64,000 nt of DNA, taken from positions 12,524,001-12,588,000 of the forward strand of contig CM060731.1 of assembly GCA_030704615.1 (NCBI GenBank). Reading direction: 5' to 3'. Below are positions 26,030 through 39,795 of this stretch, piece after piece. The DNA comes from Takakia lepidozioides (taxonomy: Eukaryota > Plantae > Bryophyta). Position 1 is the stretch's first letter. Each line of letters begins with the position of its first letter. Made by a program: the position numbers and the translations under genes. The notes beneath the pieces are model-generated. The model did not search any database. It was not told where the DNA came from and saw nothing but the letters and a program-made list of their open reading frames with translations.

Positions 26030-26276
26030 TTGTAAAACTAAACACCACCGACAGACCAATATCCACTACTTGTCACATATTCATACCCAACACAAACCAC
26101 AAACGAGCGATAGACGCTTCATCGGTCCGCCAAGAAGTATCCCAAATCTGCACATCTCTATAGCGGGATATAATTGAGATAAAGAGATAGGGCCCACCTT
26201 TGAAAGGGGCAGTAGCCGGAAGGCGAAGTGGCTCTTAGTTACGCCGGCCTCGGCAAGAGTCCTCTCTCTCTCTCTC
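26030..26276 (+). mobile_element. Isolated 3' end of a non-LTR retrotransposon
   Basis: Relic of the ORF end (HYLSHI..KRAID, compare IINKRKIE at ~28555), then the structured motif ATAGGGCCCAC...GTGGCTCTTAGTTAC (26187-26242) and a (TC)n tail. Confidence 0.55.
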
Positions 26277-26279
26277 AGA

Positions 26280-28689
26280 TAAAGACATCGTGAAGTCTCA
26301 GCCTCATAATAGCTTCACACGTATATGGACCACTAGGGTACTACATTGGTAGCATGACCCTCCAAAGATTGGAGGGAAAGGTTCTATTCCAACCCGCTCC
26401 ACCTCACCTCACGGATCCACGCACGCCGTCAACATTTGCAATACATGTCTCTAGACTACACGCACAAGACCTACCACCCAAAATCCCTACAACAGCGAAC
26501 AAACTTTCACTTCTACACTCTCCTCAACTCTCCCGCGAACCTTCTAGCGACCCTTCTAGACTTCCTCACCACGGATCTACAACTCACCCACTCATACTAC
26601 TCTAACCCCCTCACATGCCCACTGGGTTTGTCTACTTACTCGAGTTTACATGACATAGATCATCACTTTGGATCGTGGGGATTGCAAGGTCCCACCATGG
26701 CAAGGGCGAGGGTTTGCACACACCCCCAACGCTGTTGCCGCAAACGAAGCGTTTCATTGGGCACGCATCGCTGCGCATATGTCTCCAAAATCATTCATGA
26801 TCTTATTTATCATAATGCTAACTGTACCAACTTTAAACACCCAATATTAAGCAAACCCCCCGGAGTATTCACATTAGCTACATTTGAGCCTCACTCGATG
26901 ATTTATCAACCCCCACTGCAGTGGCGATGAAATACCCATAATCGTTATTAACTAAACCGGTATGTGTACACCACTCACAAAATCTACAAATACCTACCAC
27001 TTTCCACCATCAACTGGACCAGATCCTAGAACATTTATTTGGTCACACAGCCACGGTCCACCCGCTTACTTAGACACCCAATACATACCCCAGAATCAAC
27101 CCGGACAAACCATGGAGACATGTGATCCCAGGCCTCCCTGGGTAGCAAGACAAAAAACAGTTGTTCTACCACTCCCAGATTTCACAAAACCGACAACCTT
27201 GAAATTCCCACCACAAAAAAACATATATACAGATGGCTCCTTAATAGAGGCCCATGCGGGTTATGGTATATATTTGGTTGGCACCAACTCCAAAATGTAT
27301 AGCCGTCTCCTTGGTCGCCAAAATATCTTGGGAGCGGAGCTTATGGCTATACATGATGACCGGAAATCTCTCCCCTACCAACTTTCTTCAACATACCATT
27401 TATTTACAGACAGCTTGGTCTCCCTATACCTTCTCACCAACCAAATCTGCAAGCCATCTTCACATATCTACCATCCTGATATTACACTAATAAAAACAAT
27501 CGTCGATGTAGCATCCGATTTACCGATGTAAATCCATGTACTTCGATCTCATACAGACATAACAGGTAATGACATAGCAGACTAGTTGGCTCAACTTGGT
27601 GTCGTTCAACCAATTACCAACCCCTCGTCCAGCTCTATCCATCGGTCGCACATATACCCATTTTGGCTCATATCAACAAAGGCTACATCCCCGACCATAG
27701 CATCTATACAAAACCTACACGCACACATTCAAGGTGGGACCAAACAACTCATGCAGGAATCCCACACCTATACAAACTCCTACATATCTAAGTGGATCTC
27801 GTCTCTACATCTACTACATAGTATGTCCAATCAATTTTGGACATCCCTCGGGGTTACTAATGCACAAATCAAACAAATTCTGAAATTCCGGTATGGTCAA
27901 TACATGGGCAATCAACGTCGGAACTTGTTTTGGCCATTATTATACCCTAATAAGCACTGCATATTATGTTCTGCCCAAAATCCCCAAATAGATACATGGC
28001 CACACTCACTTCTCCATTGCAACCACCCCATACTAGACAGGACCATTTGAGGGATTAGATAACTCCACAAGATTCTCGATTTGCATCCAAAATCCAGATG
28101 GTTTAAACTCATCAACGCAGGCACGTTCCAATGACACCCACCAGACACACTATACCCCATGGCTGTTACCATGTGTATGCTCCCAAGGGCACCCGTGCCT
28201 TTGCCTGACAAGGCTATCCCTAGATATTTTGCTAGTTCGGGGACTTCATGTATTGGCATTGCCACCGACGGAACCGCTCCCATCTCTCCAAATACATTTT
28301 TTGGAATTCACATTCTGCCATGATCGATATCCAGATCAATCAATTTTGTACAAACTCGAAAAATATGACCTAATCATATAGGCCCTTCATGAGCGAGGCT
28401 GGAACGGCACCTCTAACCGTCATCACTACGGGGGTGCCAGGGATGGTGCTCACTCACATAATGTCCAAGGTTTGAAAGATAATCTCAACGTACCACCCAA
28501 ATACAGAACGCTTTTACTAGGAGCCTTGCACTTCACACATCACTCACATCCCTAATCATCAATAAACGAAAGATTGAAAGTGGTCAATTAGCCACGGTGT
28601 AACAGGTTACGGTGCGGATAGAGCCCACCTTTCGCAATATCCGCAAGGGGAGGAGGCTCTTATTTACGCTAGCTTCGGTTGGCGTGTTT

Positions 28690-28724
<35 letters not shown>
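26280..28724 (+). mobile_element. 5'-truncated, decayed Dualen/RandI-like non-LTR retrotransposon (RNase H - CCHC finger - restriction-like endonuclease)
   Basis: RNase H motifs IYTDGS, AELMAI, LFTDS and RSHTDITGNDIAD; zinc finger CILC..DTWPHSLLHC; RLE-like RLSLDILLV..LEFTFCHDRYP..KLEKY; structured 3' UTR 28618-28686 and a (TA)n(TG)n tail. No RT domain is present; several stops and frameshifts. Confidence 0.7.
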
Positions 28725-29914
28725 ATAATTTTGTAAATATTAATGTGCTTAAGCCTTAATTTATCCCTCCCCAACTATTAAAATTATTCCCTGGACGACC
28801 ACGTGACCCTTTTCGGGTCGCGTGATTTTTTATCCATGCCGTAACTTCCGTGGATGCAGTCTGATGAACATGCGGTCTGAATGAGAAATGGTGGCGCCCT
28901 TGTTATCTACATGCTCCAATACATGGCACACATTCCCTGTCGGGGAGGATTTTCTTAGTGTCAGGGAGTACCAGATTTGGGTGGTGTCCAAGCAGGTTGA
29001 CCGCCCACCCCTGGGGTGTCCATGTAGGTCAACCGCCCACGTGGCAGGCCGGAAGGTGTTTCAAAAAATGCCCCATCCAACCTAGAAATTTGCTGTGAAT
29101 CAGAAATTGTTTTGGCAGTGTCCTTTACATTGGAGCAAGGCATAGACTAACCCTAGGAATTTGATTCCATATAGAATTTCTAGACATTTTACGAGCCTTC
29201 CTATACGGCATATTGGGAAAATCTACCCCCCAAAATTCACATACAAAGCACCCCCCATAAATTTTAGGTCTTTCACTCTTTTGGAAATTTCCATGGTCAA
29301 ACCATTTTTTGTCATGCAATGTTCATGTGGGTTCCAATTTTTGTCATTTCTTTCTGTTATAACCTCTCATTTGCAGCGATCAAACCTGCCCAGATTTTGT
29401 GATGGTGTTCATGTCGTCAGTAGGGATGAGGTTGTAAGGTTTATCCAAGTGGATGGATGGCAAAGGAAGATATAGCTAGTTTAGTCCGCAAAAGTGAATA
29501 AAACTTGTTCATTTTTTCACGATTACAGTGTGTGCGCCTCATGGTGTATCAGGGGTTTTAATTTTTCTCCCCGAAGTAATCATTAATAAAATTATCATCA
29601 GGGCCTCTGTCCCTTGTTTTTAAAAAACAAAATTGTAAGAAGAAAAGTTAGCTGGTCCTTTTAGGGTCAACCTTGTTTAAATGTATTTGTTGGCTCATCT
29701 TTAGAAAGACTACACATTAATGTCAAAAATAGGTAAGCCCCTGTTGTGCCTTTCCCAGGTGTCACCTCCCCCTTTTTCTTTTTCTTTTTAAAACTTATGA
29801 GAAATAAATGGACAAATATTCAAAAGTTTATTATGGATGAAAGTAGATTTCGCTATTCACAAAGAGAAATCATATGTGACTAGTGACTTGTTTTTCTACT
29901 TCCTGTGTCGAATT

Positions 29915-30090
29915 AATATTAATATTTGACGCCTCCTGAAGGAAGTGTAAATTATGGTGTCTATGCACCCTGAAGGGTTATTGCCTTCCAACTGAAAGGT
30001 GGACACCTTCATGACACACTAGGCCGTGGTTTGAACCCACAACCACTTCCAAGATGGTATGTGCCCATTACCACTGGGCTACAACTTGGT
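29915..30090 (-). mobile_element. tRNA-derived SINE-like element
   Basis: Minus strand has A box TAGCCCAGTGG and B box GGTTCAAACC at tRNA-like spacing but no full cloverleaf, followed by an unrelated body and an AT-rich end. Confidence 0.55.
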
Positions 30091-30245
30091 TGTCCCCATG
30101 TTGAACATTTATCCAAGGTGGCCTCTAGTTAGTGCTCAGTTAACTAACTAGTGGGAATTAAGGCCCCATTTACGGTTGTTAACTAGCAGCTAGTTTAAGT
30201 TAGGGGGTGTCAGTAAGGGGTGTAGTGTGGCGTGTAGTGTATTCA

Positions 30246-30320
30246 ATAGGGCCCACCCGGAAAGGGTGCACTGGCCTAAAGGTGAAGTGGTTATTAGTTA
30301 CTGCCTGCGTCTTCTCTCTC
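30246..30320 (+). repeat. Dispersed copy of the structured LINE 3'-end motif
   Basis: ATAGGGCCCACCCGGAAAGGGTGCACTGGCCTAAAGGTGAAGTGGTTATTAGTTAC followed by a short CT run; alignable to 26187-26242. Confidence 0.65.
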
Positions 30321-31680
30321 CAGTGCTATATTCAGGTGTAAGAAAGTTAAGTTAATTGGTGTCTTTCTAGCTCAAGAGCTGCAGACCTGCCTCTCCTTTC
30401 TCAAGAGTGGAAGGCTTGGTTGTAGGAGCTTCTAGGAGCTTGGGGAGAGCTGTGGGACCGACATAGAAGCTAAAATTGGAGGGTTTAGGAGTATCTTCAT
30501 GAGGGAGGAGCCCACTAGCATGCAAATCATTTGGAAACCACACTCCATGCCATAAGCACTCAATCAGCAGCCTCTTCAGGGAAGAAGTGACACTTTTCTA
30601 AAATTGACATTAAGAGTGCATAACTTAATGGGACTACAATCCAGTTAGTGGACCCATTAGTTAGTTTAACTTGTGTGCACTATCTACAGATAAAGTTTTC
30701 ATACTAGGCTATTGGGTTTCAGTTATGGTGCACTAACTGTAAGCGGTGCACCTTCCTTAACTTGGCTTTCCATGTAAGGGATACATGAAGCTATACTCTT
30801 TAGACTACAAGCTATCCCACAATCCATTTGGGCAGGCCCTTGTTTATGTATTTGTTAGTCTGAATACCCTCAAAGGGTAGATTGGAAAATTTCAGATTGG
30901 CACTCCCTTAGTGTAATTAATGAACTTGCATCTCTAACTTCTTCTCCACCCTTCTCACAGACAGGATTATCCACTGCTTGTAGGATTATTTCCAATTTGG
31001 CTGTAGGACCTGTCTAAACAAGCACTTAGCTGCTCATTGTGTTGTTTTGTGACAATAAAAGTTGCATAGCCCAAGACCATTAGCGCCCAACATTGGGCTG
31101 ACTATCTTGGTGTACGCTGAAACATGTTCCATACACAATAACCATGCATCCACAAATCAGACTGCATGAATGACAAGAAAAAGCAGATAATGGGCTGATG
31201 GAAACCTTCACAGGGGATTGAAGGTGTGTGCCAAAACTCAAAGCAAGCATCTGTCATACATGCACACACTTCTAGGGGAAAAGACATTTGGTACTAAGCA
31301 TGAATGAGGGGACGTGGTAGACTATCACGCATCTGTTTGAGAAACGATATCCAGCAATTCCTAACCATGTTTCAAGCACCCTCTTCCAGAATGAAGGGGC
31401 GTCCACATAACAACACTACAGTATTAAGCTTACCGTTACCTGATTGTGGAACACTATCACACAACTTTGGTAGCATTTCCACCCCTTGCTGTTGCTGAAT
31501 CGGTATTTTGACTTGCAGCATTCACGTTGGAATGCCCACTCAAAAAGTCTCAATGATCACGAGTGCTACTTCCACCTTCTCTGTTGTGACATCAGCTCTG
31601 CGTGTGATACGTGTGGGTAACGAGACATGCTACCACTGTACATTCAAGAGATCTACTTGAACAGTCATTCAGCTGTCTGT

Positions 31681-34600
31681 TTAGTCATCCAAGGGCCTTC
31701 TTCTTAACAAATAATCAATTCCCAGCTCATGCTCCTTTGACTGTCTGTTGGTTGCATCATCCCCCTTATATGCTTCTCCACATTCCTCTTCCTCTTCCTC
31801 TTCCTCGTCATTGTCTTCCTCTTCAGAAACAGTTTCATCATTCTCGCTGAGACCATCAGCATCACCATGGTTGAAGTTACGTTCCAGGGGAGGCAAGTCA
31901 TTATCTGAGTCGCAATTGTTTTCACCTGAATGGTCACCCACCTAAAAGCTTTAGAGCACACTTCCATATCAAGGGGTAAGTTCTACCAGCCACGTTTGGC
32001 AGACAACAGGGTTAGCCTGAACGCCTGTGAGGACTTTGCAGTGAACTTTTGGTCGGGGTCCTACAGGAAAGCCCAAATGTGGCTAGAATGTAGCAAATAT
32101 GCTAACTATAGGAATCGCTGCTAAGATCACAGACCTGATTTGGGGTTTCTTAATGAGCCTCCAGACTGTGACAACCACAAGGAAAGGAATTTCTCACCCT
32201 GAGGTAGAGGGCGAGAAGAAATTTTACCTGGAGAGCTGGAAGAAGTATTGGCATTTGGTGGCTCCTTCGCAAGCCACTCGTTTTGCACACGTATCACTTC
32301 AGCACCATCCTTGCAAGCTGCATATGCATCCAGAAGCTCCCTGCCCAACCGTACCTCAACTGTTGAGGTAGCCATGCTTCAATGTATAACGTTCCTTACA
32401 TTGCAGGGATATTTCAGACAACCAGGCAAAGCAGTGGGAGAAGAAGACTATAAATCACTCAGAAGTTGAAGGTTTGCAAGCAATCAGCAGACAGAATCAG
32501 ATCCTATCGAATATGAACGTAACCAGTAAATCTTGACAGCCAGAGCTTAAAAGCGGCTATTGGGAGACGATGAGCACCTATTGAGAGATAAGAAGGCATG
32601 GCCCCACTTGAACTTGCCAAGGACTTCATCGGCTGTGTCATGCTCCCCACTGAGCCCATCTCCAAAACATGCGCCCCCACTGAGACCTATGAAAGAAATA
32701 TAGAGGATGCATAGCTACAGTCAGAACCGTATCTGCTATAGTTTCTACCTCCTTCAGCACACCCAAGCCCTGCCTGCATCCAAACCAGTGTTGGGAAGTT
32801 CTTTCATTTTTCCCATAATCGGAGGTTCCGGTTATGAAAAGAAAGTTATTTAATTTGAAGACCTTTTCATAACCGGCAGTTCTCTGGCCTGAAATCTAAT
32901 AACACTGGTCCAAACTTACAGCGCTTGGTGATACCAGCACCACATTGACAATATACAATTACTAGTGCAAAACACTAAAAAGAGTACAACAGAGAAGCCA
33001 TGGGAGGAAATGTACACACCATATAATGAGGGCAGCAGCTAGCGCTTCCACACAAGACAGCTTGCAAGGACGGCCATAGTTTACAGGGTTGGCTGCAACT
33101 AACCATGGCACTGCCATCGCCCTCCCACCTTTCAGTCCTCTCATCCTAGTTAAATGATTGGGTACAAGACTAACAAAAAAAACAGGACTTGGTAGGTGAA
33201 TGTCAGTCCACACTATCGCACGATGTGTCCTCGAGTTTGGAGGGACTTCCACTCTTGTTATAAGATGAGAAGGAATGTCGTGCACATCATTTTGAAAAGG
33301 TGTTGAGATATAAATCAGCTCCATGAAAAGCAGCTTAGGTTTTGATCTGCTGCATAGCTTAAACCCTCAAAGCTCCACTCCCTCCTTCACAGTAAAACAG
33401 TGATGGAAAAGAGGTCACAACTAGTCCTGAATGAAAAATAGAAAATTGAGTGAGAGGGGATAGAGAGGGACTTACAGAGACGGGCAGCACCGCAACGCAA
33501 ATTGGCAAAAGGGACAGTGTTCAGGCCTTTCCAGGAGCAGTCCACAACAGCAAGACCTCGCTCATGCAGCAGTTGCTGGTCCTCTCTGGAAACACATTTT
33601 TGGCCCATTGGACTGCCCAATTCTACATCTATCAGATGAGTTAGATATCAAACAAAAGCAGTAATAATCCCTGTGATGAGGCCACCTCTAGGTGTCAGTA
33701 ACCTATTAAATAGTCCTTGACTCATGTACAGGATAAAACATTTAGGAATTTCATAGTGACTCCCAAGCACCAGTTAGTACTGCAACCACAGCCAAAGCCA
33801 CCTTGCATTCAAGAGTAACGATCGGGGCTCCAAGACCAAAAACTCAGAAGAATCGAGACATACAACTGCCTTCACAAAACTGAACATCTAACAAAGCCAT
33901 CAAGCTGTCCTTCCCTTTGCGAGGGCCGTGAAAACAGCCGCAAGCTCAATCGACAAGCACTACTGTGATGGGATGACAAGGCCGCTCTCAAAGCCATTTT
34001 TGGTATTTTGTGGTAATGGATTCCTCATATGCCATTTGACAAGCATGCAGAGAAAGTTTTGCATCATCGAGCACCTCCCAGATCACCTATTGGTTAAACA
34101 CATGAAAAAGAGCAGATCGCAAGCTCAATCGACAAGCACTACTGTGATGGACTGACAAGGCCGCTCTCAAAGCCATTTTTGGTATTTTGTGGTAATGGAT
34201 TCCTCATATGCCATTTGACAAGCATGCAGAGAAAGTTTTGCATCATCGAGCACCTCCCAGATCACCTATTGGTTAAACACATGAGAAAGAGCAGACCGCA
34301 AGCTCAATCAACAAGCACTACTGTGATGGACTGACAAGGCCGCTCTCAAAGCCATTTTTGGTATTTTGTGGTAATGGATTCCTCATATGCCATTTGACAA
34401 GCATGCAGAGAAAGTTTTGCATCATCGAGCACCTCCCAGATCACCTATTGGTTAAACACATGAGAAAGAGCAGACCGCAAGCTCAATCAACAAGCAGTAC
34501 TGTGATGGACTGACAAGGCCACTCTCAAAGTCATTTTTGGTATTTTGTGGTAATGGATTCCTCATATGCCATTTGACAAGCATGCAGAGAAAGTTTTGCA

Positions 34601-36005
34601 TCATCGAGCACCTCCCAGATCACCTATTGGTTAAACACATGAGAAAGAGCAGACCGCAAGCTCAATCAACAAGCACTACTGTGATGGACTGACAAGGCCG
34701 CTCTCAAAGCCATTTTTGGTATTTTGTGGTAATGGATTCCTCATATGCCATTTGACAAGCATGCAGAGAAAGTTTTGCATCATCGAGCACCTCCCAGATC
34801 ACCTATTGGTTAAACACATGAAAAGAGCAGACCGCAAGCTCAATCAACAAGCACTACTATGATGGACTGACAAGGCCGCTCTCAAAGCCATTTTTGGTAT
34901 TTTGTGGTAATGGATTCCTCATATGCCATTTGACAAGCATGCAGAGAAAGTTTTGCATCATCGAGCACCTCCCAGATCACCTATTGGTTAAACACATGAG
35001 AAAGAGCAGACCGCAAGCTCAATCAACAAGCACTACTGTGATGGACTGACAAGGCCGCTCTCAAAGCCATTTTTGGTATTTTGTGGTAATGGATTCCTCA
35101 TATGCCATTTGACAAGCATGCAGAGAAAGTTTTGCATCATCGAGCACCTCCCAGATCACCTATTGGTTAAACACATGAGAAAGAGCAGACCGCAAGCTCA
35201 ATCAACAAGCACTACTGTGATGGACTGACAAGGCCGCTCTCAAAGCCATTTTTGGTATTTTGTGGTAATGGATTCCTCATATGCCATTTGACAAGCATGC
35301 AGAGAAAGTTTTGCATCATCGAGCACCTCCCAGATCACCTATTGGTTAAACACATGAGAAAGAGCAGACCGCAAGCTCAATCAACAAGCAGTACTGTGAT
35401 GGACTGACAAGGCTGCTCTCAAAGCCATTTTTGGTATTTTGTGGTAATGGATTCCTCATATGCCATTTGACAAGCATGCAGAGAAAAGTTTTGCATCATC
35501 GAGCACCTCCCAGATCACCTATTATAGCACATGAAAAAGAGCAGACCGCCAACAAACCCAGTATCAGAGCTGGAAACATTGCACATCTTCAACTTTAGGA
35601 AAAGATTGAAGTAAGCCCACACATTCTTGTCTCATGACAAACAAGTCAATTTCGCCTCCTCTACAGGGAAGACACTGAGCCATGTGAAAGTAAAAGGAGA
35701 AAACCTGAGCACAAGCCCACCAAATCGCTGCTGTACTCGCAATTCCTGAGAGGACAGAATGTACTCATGAGACATTGTTTGCCATAGCCTTGTGGCCATA
35801 GACTCGGCGCCCAGTTTGAGCGAAGCAAGAGAGGACATACAAAGAGAATATATTCAAAAGACGTTGTTTGTCGTAGCCTTGTGGCCATCGACCCCACGCT
35901 CAGTTTGAGCGAAACACAATGGGACAGAAACTACCTTTGTCAGAGGCTGACACAGGTAGTATGACTTACCTTGGAACAGCCATTTGATCTGAGTTTTCCA
36001 GATAT

Positions 36006-36039
<34 letters not shown>

Positions 36040-38033
36040 AATGTTACACTCAAGGATATGCAAACATAGTGCATGTACAAGCAATCCAAGCAACAAGCTT
36101 TAATGAAATATTTTCAGGCACACAGATTGGCTTTTAACCAGAGGTTATATAAGGTGTGCCGGTCACCTATGAAACCAACCATTGCAACTCTATTCCAATT
36201 TCAGTCAAAGTGTCTGCAGCTGCCCCACTATCGTGTACTACCTTTTAAACCATAAATATCAGAAATTGCTCCTACAGCAGGAGAGTGAGAGCAAGCACCC
36301 GCAAGTAGCCAAGTCGAGAAAGCTTCCGGCCTGTGCATCGTTTTGCATCACACTGTCCAAAATCCTGTGTGGTTGATTGACAAGTCAGATAGCCAAACAA
36401 ACCCAAACACAGATAAAGACAACAGTTGTCCACCAGACTGCAATGGGCTGATCCATTGACATACAATGGCTGAATTTCAAACACCATGCACTTCTGAAAG
36501 TGTGAAAGTATCCACGTGATTCATCCGCTCGATGCATTCAAACATATTTTGTATGTACACAAAAAGGTGTGCCAAGTAAACAGGGTCAAACCAAAATCTT
36601 GCACAAACTTACCCACATGGCCAGATGAACTGCAAGCTTTTTCAAAGCCCCTTTCTCACTGCACTCTCCTGCAAACGCGGATCAAGGGGGGCTGAGGTGG
36701 TAGTGATTTTCTTGGAGAAGAGGGAGTAAAAGGGCTGGGGGAGGGGGGGGGCGGACGTTGTAGAGAGAGAAAGAGAGGCACTCTCGAGGCAGCATTTGTA
36801 CAGACAGTTACGAACATTTGTGTCTTTCTCTATCAAAACAAAATCACCACAGCGGGGAAGGAGTACAGACTATTCCAAAGCAAGTAGGTCGAATACAGAG
36901 GGGATAAGAGACAAAAGCCCAAAAAATTGTGAAGCAGGTCTACCTGGTGGAGGTGTAGTAGAGGAAGGCAGACTGTAATTGTCTTGCTCTCCTTCCCTAC
37001 AGCCATCATTGCAAAGACTGCATCAATGACTGTCTCTTACGACATTTAAAGGACTAGAAACATATAGACTTCTGAGTATGAAACCAAAGCATTTAGAGGG
37101 ATGCACCTGCGGGTCTGGCACAAGCAGCCACTTGGATCCCCAAATTCATGAACCCTATTATGTTAGCAATGATCTCAATCACATTATCAGAAGCTTGCAT
37201 TACAAGACATCATTTACATGAGTATTACTTGTTTCCATAGGCCACGCATGTGACTGTAGCAAAATAGGGAGAGCCCTACTTTGTTAGGTTTAGGGCTCCG
37301 TATGTGGTGTGTCAACTCTAAGACCCTTTGTGTTTGCAAGGGACTATGGATTTCAATAAGGCAACTGTCTTTCGGTAGTCACCAATAGGATTTCAGGTAG
37401 ATGAAAATTAATCTCGATTCACCTCTTATTGCAAGTGGGAAAAATGGACATTACTGCGGAACCTAGTGGGAGACGCTTAGACTGCAGTAATCCATCCTTG
37501 GACATACAAAGGGAGAGGCATTTTTGTCATCATGCGGAGAAAAAGTGACCGGTTGCCTCTGCTCCATGTTTGATCTGCTTCCAGGCCAAACGTGGCAGGA
37601 AAAATCTCTATGTGGCCAGACCTATAACCAAACAAACTTCTGGGTCGCTTCCCTGTGTGTCGATTCCAAGGAAATAGCTGAAAATTTGCACGGATGCCCG
37701 TTTATGAAGATAAGGAACCCAGTCGAAGCAGTATGGATGCTGGAGACAGACTCAGGCATCACGCAATTGGGCTGAAGTTGCAAATGCAGTATCACACCTT
37801 CAATCAGCTGATATGACTGCAGGTTTCCCAAGAAGGTCCGATTCCTTTGAGATGTAAACCCCCGACCCACCCACCTCGGCCATGCGCTTACAGCGATAAA
37901 AAAAACCCATCAAATGAAAACTATATCAACCAAATCAGCCTGGCAGGAAAAACCGTTAAAAGCCATACCAAAAGGAGGAGTGCTTGGAAGCCTGTTGATG
38001 GGTATGACCCTTGAGCCAGCGATTGCGCCCCAT
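31681..38033 (-). CDS. TSR3: 18S rRNA aminocarboxypropyltransferase TSR3
   Basis: Exons encode MGRNR.. (38033-37969), 36996-36944, VHLAMW| (36668-36613), [29 protein letters not shown]|[58 protein letters not shown]|[10 protein letters not shown] and an acidic tail with [11 protein letters not shown]. Confidence 0.92.
33939..35549. repeat. Tandem satellite, 9 copies of a 179-bp unit, inside a TSR3 intron
   Basis: Unit starts (cgcaagctcaatc) at 33939, 34118, 34297, 34476, 34655, 34833, 35012, 35191 and 35370; copies are nearly identical. Confidence 0.97.
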
Positions 38034-39106
38034 GATCTCTTTCTCTCTCTCCCTCTCCTCTCCGATGGAAACACCTAGACAAGGCCTGCTTGCTGTGAGA
38101 GATTGTCGATTGGAATGACAAGAAGTTGACACACCATTTCCCTCTCTTCCCCTGGATGACCTGGCACACATAAAGTGACAGTTCAAATTTTAGGGTTGGG
38201 TATTGGGAGAAATTAAAATATCCCTGGCAGCTCTCTTTCAAAAAGGCATGAACTCTCAAATTCAGGAAAGCCCTCCAATAAGAATTTTAGCTCTTACAAT
38301 CGGAGGCCTCTTTACACTATGCCCCAATGTTTCAACCCCCCTACTCACTAGGTGGAAGGCCCCATTGGGGGCAAAACACCTCAATGGGCAAATACTCCAA
38401 GTGATATGCAAGAGAGTTTTTTTTTTTTTAGCATGAGCTCGGAAAAACTGTCTTTATTGTACAACTAAATAATGAAGATGAAGCGTTAGGAAGCAAAAGA
38501 GATTTTCTGTCCAATTATTGAATGGGAGGTACTGCAACCAATGTCAAACGATTATACTCGAACATGAAATTCCAGGAATGGCAGGTTGTTGCAATTGAGT
38601 ACATAGCTATCGAAAAAAACACTATATATTCCATGTCATAGGCAATCGATGAATAGTATTGTTGCTGAAATTTTTGAACATGTTTGGAACATGTAGTTGT
38701 GCCTTTAAACCGAACGGAGCTATGACGGGTCAAATGCCATAAATTATATGTACATTGTTATACATCTCTTGGGCTACAACTTGTCCTATTTGTACGCATT
38801 CAACATCACCCATAGATTGAATTTTTTATACAAAATGTTGGATGCAATGGATAGTAGTAGATAACGTAGTTGTTCAGAGGGATTCTTATTTTTTGGGGTG
38901 AGGAAAGTGGGGGGAGAAAGCAATCTTCTATTGAAGCAACAACGTCTGATTTGGTTGCAGGACCAACATCTTAGGCATCCCTTCATTTTTGAATTCTTAA
39001 TGTTACAAATGTGCATTTGGCAATCCCGTTAGTAGGGCTATGTGATGTGGTCCTCAAGCACATATGAATCTCAGATTGACTGAATGATGGTTGGGGGATG
39101 ATGCAG

Positions 39107-39795
39107 GTGCTAATGGATTCCCATAGCTTACAATGACTGTATCTGATGGACGTTGAGAGTCTGTGATGAAACGCATAACTCTTGTGGCTAACACACCGAA
39201 TGTCATGCCAGTGGCTGCTCATGAAGCTTCTATTTACACAAGTGTATGGAATAAATTACTTGGTGCCACTGGCATGTACCCATCATATTTAAGCAGTATG
39301 TTGATACGGTTCTTGTACACGGGTAGTGGGGAAAGGATATTGCAAATGTTATTCCACTTCTCTTATCGTGGCATTTTTCGTGTTTATGTTTCTTGCAGAC
39401 ATTACCCTGGCAGAATATTTTTGAGATATGGGGTACAGCGTCAGCATGATGGCAGATTCGACCTCTCGGTCGGTGGAGGCTCTTCGTGAAATCTTTGGGC
39501 GTATTGTGTGTCTTCTTCCTCTTTCTCTGTTGTGGGGGCCCTTGGCTCATAGTCCTTGGATTACATGAAATCATAAAGGCTTTGTTAGATGCGTTTTTGG
39601 AGACTCAGTGGTCATAGTAATATCCCATATTACTTTGGGTTTATTTCTAAAACAAGCATAGTCATTTAGAGCAGTTCTCCATCTATCTCTGGTTCTTGCT
39701 TGAAATGTTCATAATAGGCTGAAATCCCAACGGACAGTGGATATCAAGCTTATCTGCCTGCAAGGTTGGCCTCATTCTATGAACGAGCAAGAAAA
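39107..39795 (+). pseudogene. VHA-A: Vacuolar H+-ATPase subunit A internal fragment (3 exons with introns)
   Basis: VLMD..LTMT..DGR*ESVMKRITLVANTPNVMPVAAHEASIYT | [33 protein letters not shown] | AEIPTDSGYQAYLPARLASFYERA, with stops, frameshifts and damaged donors. Confidence 0.9.

Noticed and set aside
28788-29430. Possible DNA transposon starting CCCTGGACGACC
   Set aside because: No convincing matching terminal repeat or target duplication was found.
30017-30090. Possible tRNA gene
   Set aside because: A and B boxes are present but the acceptor and anticodon stems do not form and there is no poly-T terminator; called as a SINE head instead.
33939-35549. Regular repeat array that could be taken for CRISPR
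   Set aside because: Units are contiguous and near-identical, with no unique spacers and no cas genes, inside a eukaryotic intron.
1442-39795. In-frame stops in the dioxygenase and VHA-A sequences as candidates for RNA-editing rescue
   Set aside because: These are nuclear intron-containing sequences that also have frameshifts, and TGG-to-TGA stops cannot be repaired by U-to-C editing; ordinary decay.
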